Assembly (NCBI RefSeq): GCF_947568905.1
Contig: NC_079166.1
Span: forward strand, 47,616,001-47,680,000
Length of the DNA: 64,000 bases
Reading direction: 5' to 3'
DNA from: Ostrea edulis
Taxonomy: Eukaryota
Made by a program: the position numbers and the translations under genes. Numbering within the stretch: position 1 is the first letter of the stretch; every line of letters begins with the position of its first letter. This document shows, in pieces, positions 11,147 to 24,100 of this stretch. The notes under the pieces are model-generated. The model saw only the letters and a list, made by a program, of their open reading frames with translations, was not told the DNA's origin and made no database searches.

Positions 11147-14100
11147 ATGCAAGTTAAGATGGCATTAATCTGTGTGTCTTCTATATTCATATTTACGTCT
11201 GATTGTGTGTTCTCGCAAATATTATGCGAAGGGTAGGTGATCTCTTATTTAACTTTATATGATCTCCAATTAGACAGAGTCAAATGGTCTAATATTTATT
11301 ATATTGTTTTCTGTGTGTTATTTCGACTAGACTGAATGCATAAATGAACTTTACGAAAACTTTGTTCTTATCCAGAAAAGATTGTTGTGCAGGGTATATG
11401 TTTGATGTGAACACCGACAGTTGTATAGGTAATATTCACATTCAATATAAGTGTTAATTTCTTTATCAATACAAGGAAGTACAAATACACTTAAAATTGA
11501 CATTTGTTCACATAACCATTGGTGGATGACGATTTCAGCTTGCAGAACGGGGTTCATTGGGGAAAATTGCGAAAAGGCATGTCCTTACCCAATGTACGGA
11601 GATGGGTGTCAGCAGAGATGTCTATGTGAGAGAGCCGCCTGCAACATTGCCATTGGCTGCATCCCTCAAACAACAGGTAACTACAATATTTAGTTACCAC
11701 TGGCTGCATCCATTAATTAACAGGTAACTACGATATTCAATTACCACTGGCTGCATCCATTAATTAACAGGTAACTACGATATTCAATTACCACTGGCTG
11801 CATCCATTAATTAACAGGTAACTACAATATTTAGTAACCTTTGGCTGGATCCATCAAACAACAGGTAAATATAAAATTTAGTTACCATTGGCTGCATCCC
11901 CCAACCAACAGGTAAGTACAATAGTTAGTTACCTTTGGCTGGATCCATCAAACAACAGGTAAATATAAAATTTAGTTACCATTGGCTGCATCCCCCAACC
12001 AACAGGTAAGTACAATAGTTAGTTACCATTGGCTGCATCCATCAAACAACAGGTAAGTACAATATTTAGTTACCACTGGCTGCATCCCCCAACTAACAGG
12101 TAACTACAATATTTAGTTACCATTGGGTGGATCCATCAAACAGGTAACTACAATATTTAGTTACCATTGACTGCATCCATCAAACAACAGGTAACTACAA
12201 TATTTAGTTACCATTGGGTGGATCCATCAAACAGGTAACTACAATATTTAGTTACCATTGGCTGCATCCATCAAACAAAGTAACTACAATATTTAGGTAC
12301 CATTGGCTGCATCCATCAAACAACAGGTAAGTACAATATTTAGTAACCACTGGCTGCATCCATCAAACAACAGGTAAGTACAATATTTAGTTACCATTGA
12401 CTGTATCCATCAAACAACAGGTAACTACAATATTTAGTTACCATTGGCTGCATCCATCAAACAACAGGTAAGTACAATATTTAGTAACCACTGGCTGCAT
12501 CCATCAAACAGGTAAGTACAATATTTAGTTACCATTGACTGCATCCATCAAACAGGTAAGTACAATATTTAGTTACCATTGACTGTATCTATCAAACAAC
12601 AGGTAACTACAATATTTAGTAACCACTGGCTGCATCCATCAAACAACAGGTAAGTACAATATTTAGTAACACTGGCTGCATCCATCAAACAGGTAAGTAC
12701 AATATTTAGTTACCATTGACTGTATCCATCAAACAACAGGTAACTACAATATTTAGTTACCATTGGCTGCATCCATCAAATAACAGGTAAGTACAATATT
12801 TAGTAACCACTGGCTGCATCCATCAAACAGTTAAGTACAATATTTAGTTACCATTGACTGCATCCATCAAACAGGTAAGTACAATATTTAGTTACCATTG
12901 ACTGTATCTATCAAACAACAGGTAACTACAATATTTAGTAACCACTGGCTGCATCCATCAAACAGGTAAGTACAATATTTAGTTACCATTGACTGCATCC
13001 ATCAAACAGGTAAGTACAATATTTAGTTACCATTGACTGTATCTATCAAACAACAGGTAACTACAATATTTAGTAACCACTGGCTGCATCCATCAAACAA
13101 CAGGTAAATACAATATTTAGTAACACTGGCTGCATCCATCAAACAGGTAAGTACAATATTTAGTTACCATTGACTGTATCCATCAAACAACAGGTAACTA
13201 CAATATTTAGTTACCATTGGCTGCATCCATCAAACAACAGGTAAGTACAATATTTAGTAACCACTGGCTGCATCCATCAAACAGGTAAGTACAATATTTA
13301 GTTACCATTGACTGCATCCATCAAACAGGTAAGTACAATATTTAGTTACCATTGACTGTATCTATCAAACAACAGGTAACTACAATATTTAGTAACCACT
13401 GGCTGCATCCATCAAACAACAGGTAAGTACAATATTTAGTAACACTGGCTGCATCCATCAAACAGGTAAGTACAATATTTAGTTACCATTGGCTGGATCC
13501 ATCAAACAACAGGTAACTACAATATTTAGTAACACTGGATATTCGACATGTATATCACAGAGGACCGACCACGTCCAGATCCACACATAACTGTTGATTT
13601 CACTAACGTGCAGTTAACTTTCTACTAACATTTATGTTCTTATAGTTAATTATCGGTTAACTTTCTACTATCTTTTATTTTCTTATTGTTAATTATCGGT
13701 TAACTTTCTGATAACTTTTATGTTCTTATAGGTAATTATCGGTTAACTTTCTGATAACTTTTATGTTCTTATAGTTAATTATCGGTTAACTTTCTGATAA
13801 CTTTTATGTTCTTATAGTTAATTATCGGTTAACTTTCTACTAACTTTTATGTTCTTCTAGTTAATTATTGGTTAACTTTCTACTAGCATTTATGTTTTTC
13901 TAGTTAATTATCAGTTAACTTTCTACTACCTTTTATGTTCTTATAGTTAATTATCGGTTAACTTTCCACTAACTTTTATGTTCTTATAGTTAATTATTGG
14001 TTAACTTTCTACAAACCGTTATCTTCTTATAGTTAATTATCGGTTTCTTCTAATTTTTATGTATCAAGTGAAACTAGAATTATCGAATGAACACTGGGCT

Positions 14101-15577
14101 GTTTATACAGACAGACAGAAATGTTTGTTTATGAAAGGTAATGTGTTGATACACGTATTAACATACACAACGGTGTACAGACAAATTGAAGGAACTTGAT
14201 ATGTCTGTGTGCTCACTGTTGCATATTAGTAGCACAACAGGTGCGAAAAAATAAATATTTAAAGCATATATAACTTAGAAGTGATTTTTAAAAGTGCCGC
14301 AGTGGTACTACACTTCCTAGAACTACCCTTAATTGTTAGATAAATGAGTGGCTGGCAAACTATCCACACCATGTTTTGATTGATTTTGTTTTTGATTTCC
14401 AAACAATAACGTAATTTAATGTAAAATATCATTATAGACAACGATATCGCCACGAAATGTGTAAAATATCATTATAGACAATTATATCGCCACGAAATGT
14501 GTAAAATATCATTATAGACAATTATATCGCCACGAAATGTGTAAAATATCATTATAGACAATTATATCGCCACGAAATGTGTAAAATATCATTATAGACA
14601 ATTATATCGCCACGAAATGTGTAACTAGTTATCTAGGGACTGGGTGATACACGTTAAAGAGTATAATGTAATTACTATATTGTGATCGGTTGAGTAAACG
14701 TAGTGAATAATTATAATTTTCAAAGAACATTGCATACGACGACAGGTTTATTATGATCAGTATCGGGCCATTAGAAAAAATGTTTAGTTGAAAAGATGGT
14801 TGATTCCTACATTTACATGTAGTTCTAAGAATAGTTTGAAATTCCTTATACCTGTATCTTCATACTACATGTATTTGTAATGTGAATGTACTTACTGTAG
14901 ATATTGGAAGTGTGATACCCAACAGAACAGATTCTACGTCAACTTTTACGAATGTTACCGTGTTCTCCACTGAAGCGGAATATGATGAAACATCACTGTC
15001 CAGGTTATCAAAAGCCTCATACAGAACCAAAAATCAAGAAACATCCACAAAAAATATCTTAACCGAATTTGTAGAAACAACACGGGTGATCACAAAGATG
15101 ATTTCCAGCACAACACTAACCAAACCTGAATTTATCGTATTGAATGGACAAACTCCATTGTTAGTTGGCATTTTCAGCTTTAATGCGCTATTTGTATTAG
15201 TCATTATTTCAGTTGCTAGTTATTGTGCTTGTCGAAGATACAAAAACTATAGAAAAAGAAAGAAAGATAACTCCGCCAGTGTTATTCATTATCACGAAAT
15301 TGATGAAAATGCCGTGGGTACTAGCAGGGATTATGACCCCTTGTACGCAACACACGTGTCAGAAATACCGAAAAACGTCCTCGTTGAATATGAAAATGAA
15401 CCTTTCAACAGGGAAAGACAAAGTTGTAAAACTCCAGACCTGCAATACAGATTGTCGAATACTACACCAAAACGTTTGATATACGAGGAAGAGTTATCTT
15501 CGACGATAAAGACTGAGGAAAAACAGGAAGCCGATTTTACCGATGACGGTGAAATATACTTGATATGCCACAATTGA
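11147..15577 (+). CDS. Single-pass EGF-like / mucin-stalk receptor-like protein (small MEGF/SCARF-like family), ~317 aa
   Basis: Exons 11147-11232 (signal, ..MALICVSSIFIFTSDCVFSQILCE), 11376-11428 (GKDCCAGYMFDVNTDSCI), 11539-11676 (ACRTGFIGENCEKACPYPMYGDGCQQRCLCERAACNIAIGCIPQTT) and 14901-15577 (S/T-rich stalk, TM LLVGIFSFNALFVLVIISVASYCAC, basic RRYKNYRKRKK, Tyr-rich tail). Phases are 2,1,1 and the joined frame is open. A possible extra 27-nt phase-1 exon at 14111-14137 is not counted. Confidence 0.85.
11651..13538 (+). repeat. 44/47-bp minisatellite (~40 copies) made of exon-3 end plus splice donor
   Basis: Unit CATTGGCTGCATCCATCAAACAACAG|GTAA(C/G)TACAATATTTAGTTAC. The first unit is the real exon end (donor at 11677). 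Confidence 0.95.
13600..14050 (+). repeat. ~43-bp AT-rich minisatellite (~10 copies)
   Basis: Unit TTATAGTTAATTATCGGTTAACTTTCT(GA/AC)TAACTTTTATGTTC. Confidence 0.9.
14421..14623 (+). repeat. 40-bp minisatellite, 5 copies
   Basis: GTAAAATATCATTATAGACAATTATATCGCCACGAAATGT at 14421, 14461, 14501, 14541 and 14581. Confidence 0.95.
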
Positions 15578-15922
15578 TATTTCATTTTATGTGTGTACAT
15601 GTATCCTGTTTAATTCATTTTATTAACGTTTTCAATGAGAAAAAAGTGTAATTTTAATTTTTCTGTGTAGATTTTATTTGTATTGTACCTGATAATTTCA
15701 TTGAAGTATCACCTGTATATTGCATTGTAACAATCCATAACTTTTTTTTATAAATGAAAGCTAAAAGCATTAATTTGCAACTAACTAGCATTGAAAGCGG
15801 AGTACTGCATTTCTCCCTTTTTTATTTGTAAAAAGTGTATATTCCCTGGAAAATCCATACCATTATCTGACATAACGACATTTATACAACTGTCAAACAA
15901 AAGAAATTGAAATTGTAATAAA

Positions 15923-15925
<3 letters not shown>

Positions 15926-15974
<49 letters not shown>
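15926..15974 (+). repeat. (TA)n microsatellite
   Basis: Direct inspection. Similar tracts occur at ~30106-30166 (TA then GA), ~31362-31400, ~43195-43250 (CA) and ~56721-56769. Confidence 0.9.
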
Positions 15975-15976
<2 letters not shown>

Positions 15977-17223
15977 ATTTCTCATATCGGAACAAAATGT
16001 TTAACGTGTGAAAATTGAGGTTTTTCTGAAACTGAAAACATATTCATATTGTACACATTCTACACATTTGTCATATTCATGTCAGATTTTAATCTAGAAA
16101 ATAAAAGATTCACAAAAATTATGCATAGCTATTTCATTATATCATATTCTAGCTAGTGACACGATACCATGAGAGAATAAATGAAATAAAACGGACTAAA
16201 TAAAACGATCCATATGTTCCCAAGCAACACGTTTTGTTGTTTATTACAAACGACAACAGCAGGTAATAAGTATATGTTGGTAAACTTTTCTTTAGTACCT
16301 AAAGATGTGGTGCTAAGCGAAGCCTAGTAGTATTTGTACATTTCATGCATGGAAACTGAGTGGAGAAAACATCCTAATCCACATGCAACGCTAAAATCTC
16401 CGAAATTTGCTCTGTCAGAGAGAGACATTCTCATTCCACGCACGTGTACTTTCCTCGTGCACGTAAACCGTTATGCTATGCTACACATCATCTAATAAAG
16501 CCTTAGATCTGGTATATCCCAGTCATACTATATATGCTTAGGTACAATTACATGCTACAGACCGATACAGACAGCGTAGTCCGCTGAACAAATCAATTCA
16601 ATATCGGACGCTTATAGTTCGCTTCGACTCAGCACAGTCATGATTCTGCATAATTCTATTGATCTGTTTTGCCTCATGGAGAATCAAAGATGATGGAGCG
16701 ATTCCGTGAAAAAACGGGAGTAATGGCCGAATTAAAGGACAGGCTACCGCAGTGGAGAACGACACAGACGAGGATTCGCAGACTGACAGGGAGGATATCG
16801 GAGAGATTCCTGGAAAACGGCGGAGAAAGCAGGACGTGCATCGTACAGATCGTGAGGTACTTTCCATTTCCAACCCCGTTCCATGTTATTGTGCTTTTGT
16901 CTTAATTAAAAGCATTTGCTTCAAAATTAATCCCAAGCAATGTTGATGGTGGTTGTTTTACAACTTTAAGTTTCAGGTGTATGCACATTTTATTATCCAC
17001 AGGTATAATATTCATTGAACTCTTGATCAGATATCATATAAAGCACACATCAGTGACATATTAGAATGTGATAAAATCTGGCATTAGCCTCTGTGATTAT
17101 CGTCCATTGAGATACTAAATATTTGTTCAATATGATGAAAACTCATTCAATCCAATCCAACGGAGTCACAATGGGATGAGCATTCAAAAGCTAAATTCCT
17201 TGTAAACTGAAAAATTCAAATTG

Positions 17224-17740
17224 TTATACCCCCCGCAACAAGTTGTGGGGGGGGGTATACTGGAATCGGGTTGTCCGTCTGTCTGTCCGTCCATCTGTAG
17301 ACGCAATGGTTTCCGGGCTCTAAAGTATTATCCTTTCCATCTACCGTCACCATATCATATATATGGACTACCCATGGGATGAAGATGTTCCCTATCTATT
17401 TTGGGGTCAAAAGGTCAAAGGTCAAGCGCACTGGACATTGAAGTAGCAATATGGTTTCCGGGCTCTAAAGCGTTATCTTTTCCACCTACAGTCACCATAT
17501 CATATATATGGACTACCCATGGGATGAAGATGTTCCCTATCGATTTTGGGGTCAAAAGGTCAAAGGTCATGCGCACTGGACATCGAAGTAGCAATATGGT
17601 TCGGTTTGTCATGCCATTTGTTTTTTACACTCAGAAAAGAGGTAGTTTATACCTATTACCAACACCCTTTGGGATATTGGGGTAAGCGGGGGGGGGGGGG
17701 GGGGTATTCTTAGTGAGCATTGCTCACAGTACCTCTTGTT
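17224..17740 (+). mobile_element. Non-autonomous Helentron (HINE/DINE-1-like) element
   Basis: 5' TTATACCCCCCGC subterminal repeat with 3' inverted partner GCGG(G)nGGTATT, a GTCC/GTCT microsatellite, two ~145-bp central repeats (TGGTTTCCGGGCTC at 17307 and 17452), and a 3' hairpin GTGAGCATTGCTCAC (17713-17727). This is the canonical HINE layout. Confidence 0.8.
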
Positions 17741-18168
17741 TAATCTGTTTTATTTGAAATGCGTCAATGTTGTTGTTTAACATTATGATTTAACATCAGC
17801 CAAGGAAATATTTGCCTTCTGATGATTTAAATCAATAAATGGACATCGGAGTGTGAATGTAAATAAAAATGTAGGAGTTGTCTTAACTTTGTTGCCGTGT
17901 AAATGATTGCACTGTAAAACAAATCAAAGACTTACATATGCATGCAATATGCATCACACATACGCTCGATTATATACTAAATAATTACACTAACAACTGC
18001 AGTCGTCAGTAGCAATTCACAGCTGATTTGTCACATCCCGGTAACAGCTGGCTCTCCACGTCTGATTACTCTTTATATCGATCTATCAGTACCTGATGGA
18101 GGCTTTCTTATGAACTTGTGGATTTCATCCCCGTCCCGGAAAAATCTCGTGTATCATTGAAATTTGCA

Positions 18169-21100
18169 ATGGAGAAAAGGTAAATCAGCGCTAATTACTT
18201 AATTAGTTAATGTGGTTTTTACAACCACTTTGAATTGATTTATTGGGACTTTTGCTAAAAAAAGAAATTATGCTCTTTCTAAAACACACAGAGGAGTTTA
18301 CACTAACTCTACACAAAATGTATATAAATATTGTATGCAGTTCTGATATATGAGCAAATAGTATTAATGTCTGAAAGAAATTATGAAAGTTTGATGTACT
18401 ATATAGCCCTAAAGAGCCACATTGTAAGGTTTAAGAAGTACATAAACACGGAACATGCTGGCTGCCCCAATCAATAAACCTTCAAACATGCATACAGAAG
18501 GTTTTTAAGGTGTATCGAGCAGGAAAATTTAACTTTTTTAAATAGTACATTTAATTTACGGTTGCGTACGTGGTATATGCAATTGAATTCTATGCATACG
18601 AAATGCACAAATCCCTTCAAATTAAAGTGGGTATGTACCAGCAATATTGATGGTTAGAGAGGCATCACTGTGAAGCATCCTGTACATATCAGTGAAATCA
18701 GATGAAAGGCGAAGATAACGAACAAGTGATCAATCTCATAACTCCCACAAGGAATACAAAATAAAGAGGTGGGCAAACATGGACCCCTGGACATACTAGA
18801 GGCGGGATCATGTGCCTAGGAGGAGTAAGTATCCCCTTTCGATCGGTCACACCCGCCGTGATCCCTTTGTCTTGATCAGGTAAACAGAGTTATCCGTAGT
18901 CAAAGTCAGTGTGCCAAGAACGGCAAACCGCGTCAAACAGCATTTGACTCCATGATAGGTTAAATGGGCAATCTAGATCATTATAACGACCATATCATTG
19001 CTAAATGCAAGAACAACCATATAAACAAGGAAACCCCCATCAGGGGCATTGAAATCTCAGATTCAATGGTCTCTTTGCATTCCAACAATTTGGTAAAATA
19101 TTGAAAATCGTGTCTAAAATCAAGTGGTGTTTCTTACTTAAATAAATTATTTATAAATCAAAACTCAAACACATATCTATATAGGAACTGGTTTGTCTGT
19201 GCTAGTGCAACAACGATTTATTGCACATGCAGGAAAAAATATGTACATCAATACTTTTTTACTCTTCAAGTATAAAACAATTCCAGATGAAAACGCAATA
19301 TAAAATCAAATGATTAGAAATATTGAAAGGGGGGCTGGTTACACGTAGAGCAGCAAAACCTCGAATGCCTTCAATTTCTCATATCTGGACACAGGTAAAC
19401 TACTTGTTCCGCACGAGTTCATTCAACTCTTTGTATCAGAAAAATCCAATCAGAAGCCTTATACTATTAAATAACACACCGGAAATAAACTCTAACACGT
19501 GTTTAACTTACCATTTATAAATATATATACATCGTGTACTTTCTTTCCTTAGTTTCTCGTTGTGTAGTATCCAAGTGACTGCCAGTGACAATAGTTGTTG
19601 CATATTTACACTGACTATGCGGTGGTACCTGTAGTCCATGGCTGTTTCAGTGGTACTGGTGGCAACTTTTGTGATTATACATCTATCACGATATCAATTT
19701 TCAATTAGAACAATCATTAAACCCTACAATCTATTTTGTTTTAGACTATCTGGAGTGGTCGGGACCTCCTCAATAACTTTTGTTTTTGGAGTTAGGGCTT
19801 CTACGATTCCTCTTGATTGTTTCTGGAGTGATTACCTCCACAATATATCTTGTTCCTGTAGTGGGGACCACTATTTCTTGTTTCTCAACTGGGGACTGCT
19901 GAAATACCTCTTGTTTCTGAAGTGAAGACCTCTATTTTTTAGAGGATGAACCTGCACAATAATTCTTGTTTCTAGAGTGGGAACTTCTAGAATGCCTCCT
20001 ATTTCTAGAGTGGGAAATTCTAGAATGCATCCTATTTCTAGAGTGGGGACTTCTAGAATGCCTGTTATTTCTAGAGTGGGAACTTCTAGAATGCCTCCTA
20101 TTTCTAGAATGGGAACTTCTAGAATGCCTCCTATTTCTAGAGTGGGAAATTCTAGAATGCATCCTATTTCTAGAGTGGGAACTTTCACGTTAGCTCTTGT
20201 TTCTAGGGTGGGACCTTCCCAAATTCTTTCTATCTGGATTGGGCCTCCTTGATATATCTTGTTTTGGAGGGTATAGGAACTTCTCTGATGATGTAAGCAA
20301 TTAAAAAACCCATTGATTCTCTTTCCACAGCTTCTGCTATGGACAAACTGTGTAGAAACAACTAATGATTAAAACTTCAGTGATGTACCAGGTAGTCACC
20401 GCAATATGGCTGAACTATCGCCTAATCGGCGTAAAACAACAAACACACAAATTTCCTGTTGCAGCTCTCCGCTAATCACAGACACATGAAAGGTGAAGAT
20501 AACTAACATTGACCAATCCCACAAATCCCACAATGAATACAAAATAAATAGTCGGGCAAACACGGACCCCTGAACACACCAGACGTGGGATCAGGTGCCT
20601 AAGAGGAATAACCATCCCCTGTCGATCGGTCACACCCGCCGTGAGCCCTATATCTTGATCAGGTAAACGGAGTTATCCATAGTCAAAATCAGTGGGCCAA
20701 GAACGGTCTAAAAATCGGTATGAAACACGTCAGGCAGCATTTGACCCAATGATAGGTTGTAATGGCAAACTATATCGTTATAACGACCATAGAATTTGCG
20801 AAATGCTGACTTTAAACGAGACTATTGACACCCCTGTACCATTACATTAACTTGTTTGTCAGTAGCTTGCCTCGATTTAAAAACTGACAATACGCAGAAC
20901 AAGCTCCTGTGTATCGAATCAGTTGAAAGATATAAACACCATATACAGGTGATAATGGAATATTGCTACATAAATATGGGAAGTTTACGATGGAGAAGCT
21001 GACATCATCCCGTTTGTCATAAAGTTGAGTTGTAACACTAATTTTCATCAATAATAATAATAATTCATTGTTGTTTAAAATTATGCTAATAACAAGTCTA

Positions 21101-24100
21101 ACAAGCTAATTACGTTGAGGTTGTAGGATACATGTTGTATATATCTATTTACCTCTGAACCTAAGCTCTTTTTGATTTGATAAGAGTGGATTTTTTTTTT
21201 AATTTTCAGCACGGTGTTTTCGGTAATCGGAGTGGTCGCCTCTGTCCAGTGGATGTGGTCTGCTGTCGCTTCCGCTTCGAATGTAAACGTAATATCACAT
21301 GACCCAACCAAAGAATGTCGCACGGGAGACGAAGAATCGTGTCCCTGGTTCATGGTTTTCACAGAAATGAAAAGCAAGTTCAAGAACCTAGAAACAAGTT
21401 TCAACGAACAAATTTCGCAGCGAGAGAGTTTAGAACGTGACTTCATGAACCATTCAGAACTAAATCACATTTTGAGTGAGAAACTGAAGATATTTTTCGA
21501 TAAATTAGATAATATTAGTTTACACTGTAGTAAAGCTGAATCTCAGGCAGCCGACATTTACTCAAGGATATTTCTCGATGGTATGTTGCAGTTTAAAATT
21601 AACACAGGTATTGTAGCATAGAATTCCCAATCCCCCCCCCCCGCCTCTCATAAAGACGGGCTCGGATGAGTCATCCCCCCACCCCACAAAAAAATAAAAA
21701 CACTGGTCCAGGTTAGATTTCTCTCCTAGAAAAATATTAACCCGGGTAAATTTACCACAGGAAAGGTAGTCCTGCTACATATAACATATGAAAGTACGCC
21801 GCCCCAAAATGCAATTACTAGGTTTCAATTAATGAAATTTAATCACTAGATATCTTGATAACGGGAAAATATTCTATAATGGACAATACTATAATTGAAC
21901 GATATTTTTTGTTTTCGGTTCCGCTTCTTAAGTCAAACTGACATACACATGTTCAATGTAGTTCCTGGATAATTTTGAAATAATAACTTCAGACAATATA
22001 CTAAGTATTACATGATATGAATATGTTTGTATTCTTTTAAAAAAAATACAAGTACGTTTAAATCTGATATTTATTTGTTAAGAAATATAATTAAACCTGT
22101 TTTTGTAGACATGTTTCACAGCGGAGAATGGATTTTTTCTTTCAACCTCTGCAGAGCGTATGATAGTTATGATTTGTCACATGAAGCAATACTTATATTT
22201 AGACGTAGAAATACTCGTGTGTTGAAAGTAAAATGTACTCGTACTTCATCAGATAAAAGTACCATCCGACCCTAAGGTCAAAAGTGGAATCAACAATTAT
22301 AATAGAAAATTTGGATGCATTCACTCGACTACGATTGATTTACAATACAATATAAATACACAATTTTTTTCTTATACATGTCATGAGAATAAACTGGGAT
22401 TTTTTTTTATATTTTATGATTCCAAGTGAAGAAGCTGATGACAATGGAGTTACTAAAGTGTGTGCATATCAATCTCGGTGCATATTTTGGTATAAGAGGG
22501 CAACGTCATACCACATTATTAACCACTTTTGACCTATACCTTGCAATACTAAGACATATTTTCCCATGGAATAATTTTTATCTGAACCCTCTTTTCCAGG
22601 GGATGTTATACCGGGAAACTTCTACGCTACAACACAGTTATATGTTATATATCAACATGTAGTTAAAGACATTTATAATTGAACAATTATCATGCAGTTT
22701 TCAAGTATTAATGAATTAAAGTCTATTTTAGAAGAAGAATAAAATTAATGCAATATGTTTTATACAGATATTTCAAAGTTGGTAGGCCAAGAAATCATCA
22801 TATCTAACATTGAGTATGCCTCTTTTTTCAGAAATAATTTTGTACTTCCTGTTGACTCTAGTGATGTATGAGATTTTCACACGGGTTAGACCCCATGCAG
22901 GAGACTGGAGGGAAATGGTTGAAGTTAATATTCGGAGGTACTTAGATAAATCAAATGTGATGTCTACTGAGGCTATGAGTGGCAGTTCTGCATCGACACA
23001 AGAGGACGCACTGGATAATGGGTCCGAAGTATTATCGAACGGCATCGTGAAAGATGATAAGGAAAAGAAGGTTATAAAATTATTGTGTACATGTAGCTTT
23101 ATACAAAAGCGCAGAGTTTCAATCAAGAATCCCCAAATTCCACGATCAATAAAATTATTCCATTGGCAACTTTCACTAGCACGTATGTCAACCTCCAAAT
23201 AGTATCTACAGGTAATTCATTATTGGAGGGATGAGCTGGAAAAATGCATTTCATGATTGGTTCCCTACCGGTGAGGCCGGAGGGTACTTTGGTTTTGCAT
23301 TCTGTTTGTCCGTCAAATCAGTTTTCCGCACTTTTTTCGTCATGCCTGCAGATATTCATTTGATATTTGGTATATTGCTTTACCATGACAAGTTACAAGA
23401 TCAAGCTCAAATTTTCTTTCGGTCCATGGATGTTTTGCTGTGTTATGGCCCTTGGACTTAGAAAATATGGAATTTGAATCCATGGCTTTTATTTTATGAG
23501 ACCTAGTTATTATTATGCATAAACTGTCGACGTATGATTATCCACACAGAATATTACACAGACGACTTGACCGGTAGGGGAAATGTATGGGTATGCAATA
23601 TTTACAGAATGCTTTTTCTTATTTCTTACATCCTTTAACAACAGTTTTGAATTACCTATTTGAACGGCAGTACTAGAAAAGTATTATTTTTCTATCTAAT
23701 AATCATTGTATCGTATGAATATGTCTTCAACTGTACAGTTTAAAGAGTAACGTTCGGAGAGTACTGTATGTTTTCCACGTAGAGAGTAAAGTTGCTTTGA
23801 AATGCCTACATAATCAATTTTGTGTTAAACAATATTTATCAATAGTCAACGTTAATAAGAAAGTTCCTTAACATTCATTTGGAGGTCATTTATTATAAAA
23901 GAAAAAAAAAAAAAAAAATGAGCACTTTTGTGAGTCACTCTTTATTGATTGCAATTGTAAACTCAATGATCACCCAATGCACAAATATGCCATGTGCAGA
24001 TCTTATCAGTGACATGTAAATTTATCTATTATGAAGCACTTACATATGTATGTGTATCAGTTGATCCAGCATTACAGACCAATTTCGTTACCTTATTATA

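Noticed and set aside
11651-13538. CRISPR-like regular repeat spacing
   Set aside because: Units are head-to-tail with no unique spacers, no cas genes are present, and the context is eukaryotic.
16669-16946. Purine-rich stretch translating as ENDTDEDSQ..PGKRRRKQ with a possible donor at ~16856
   Set aside because: Two competing frames, no clear acceptor or partner exon. It may be a real or decayed exon but cannot be supported.
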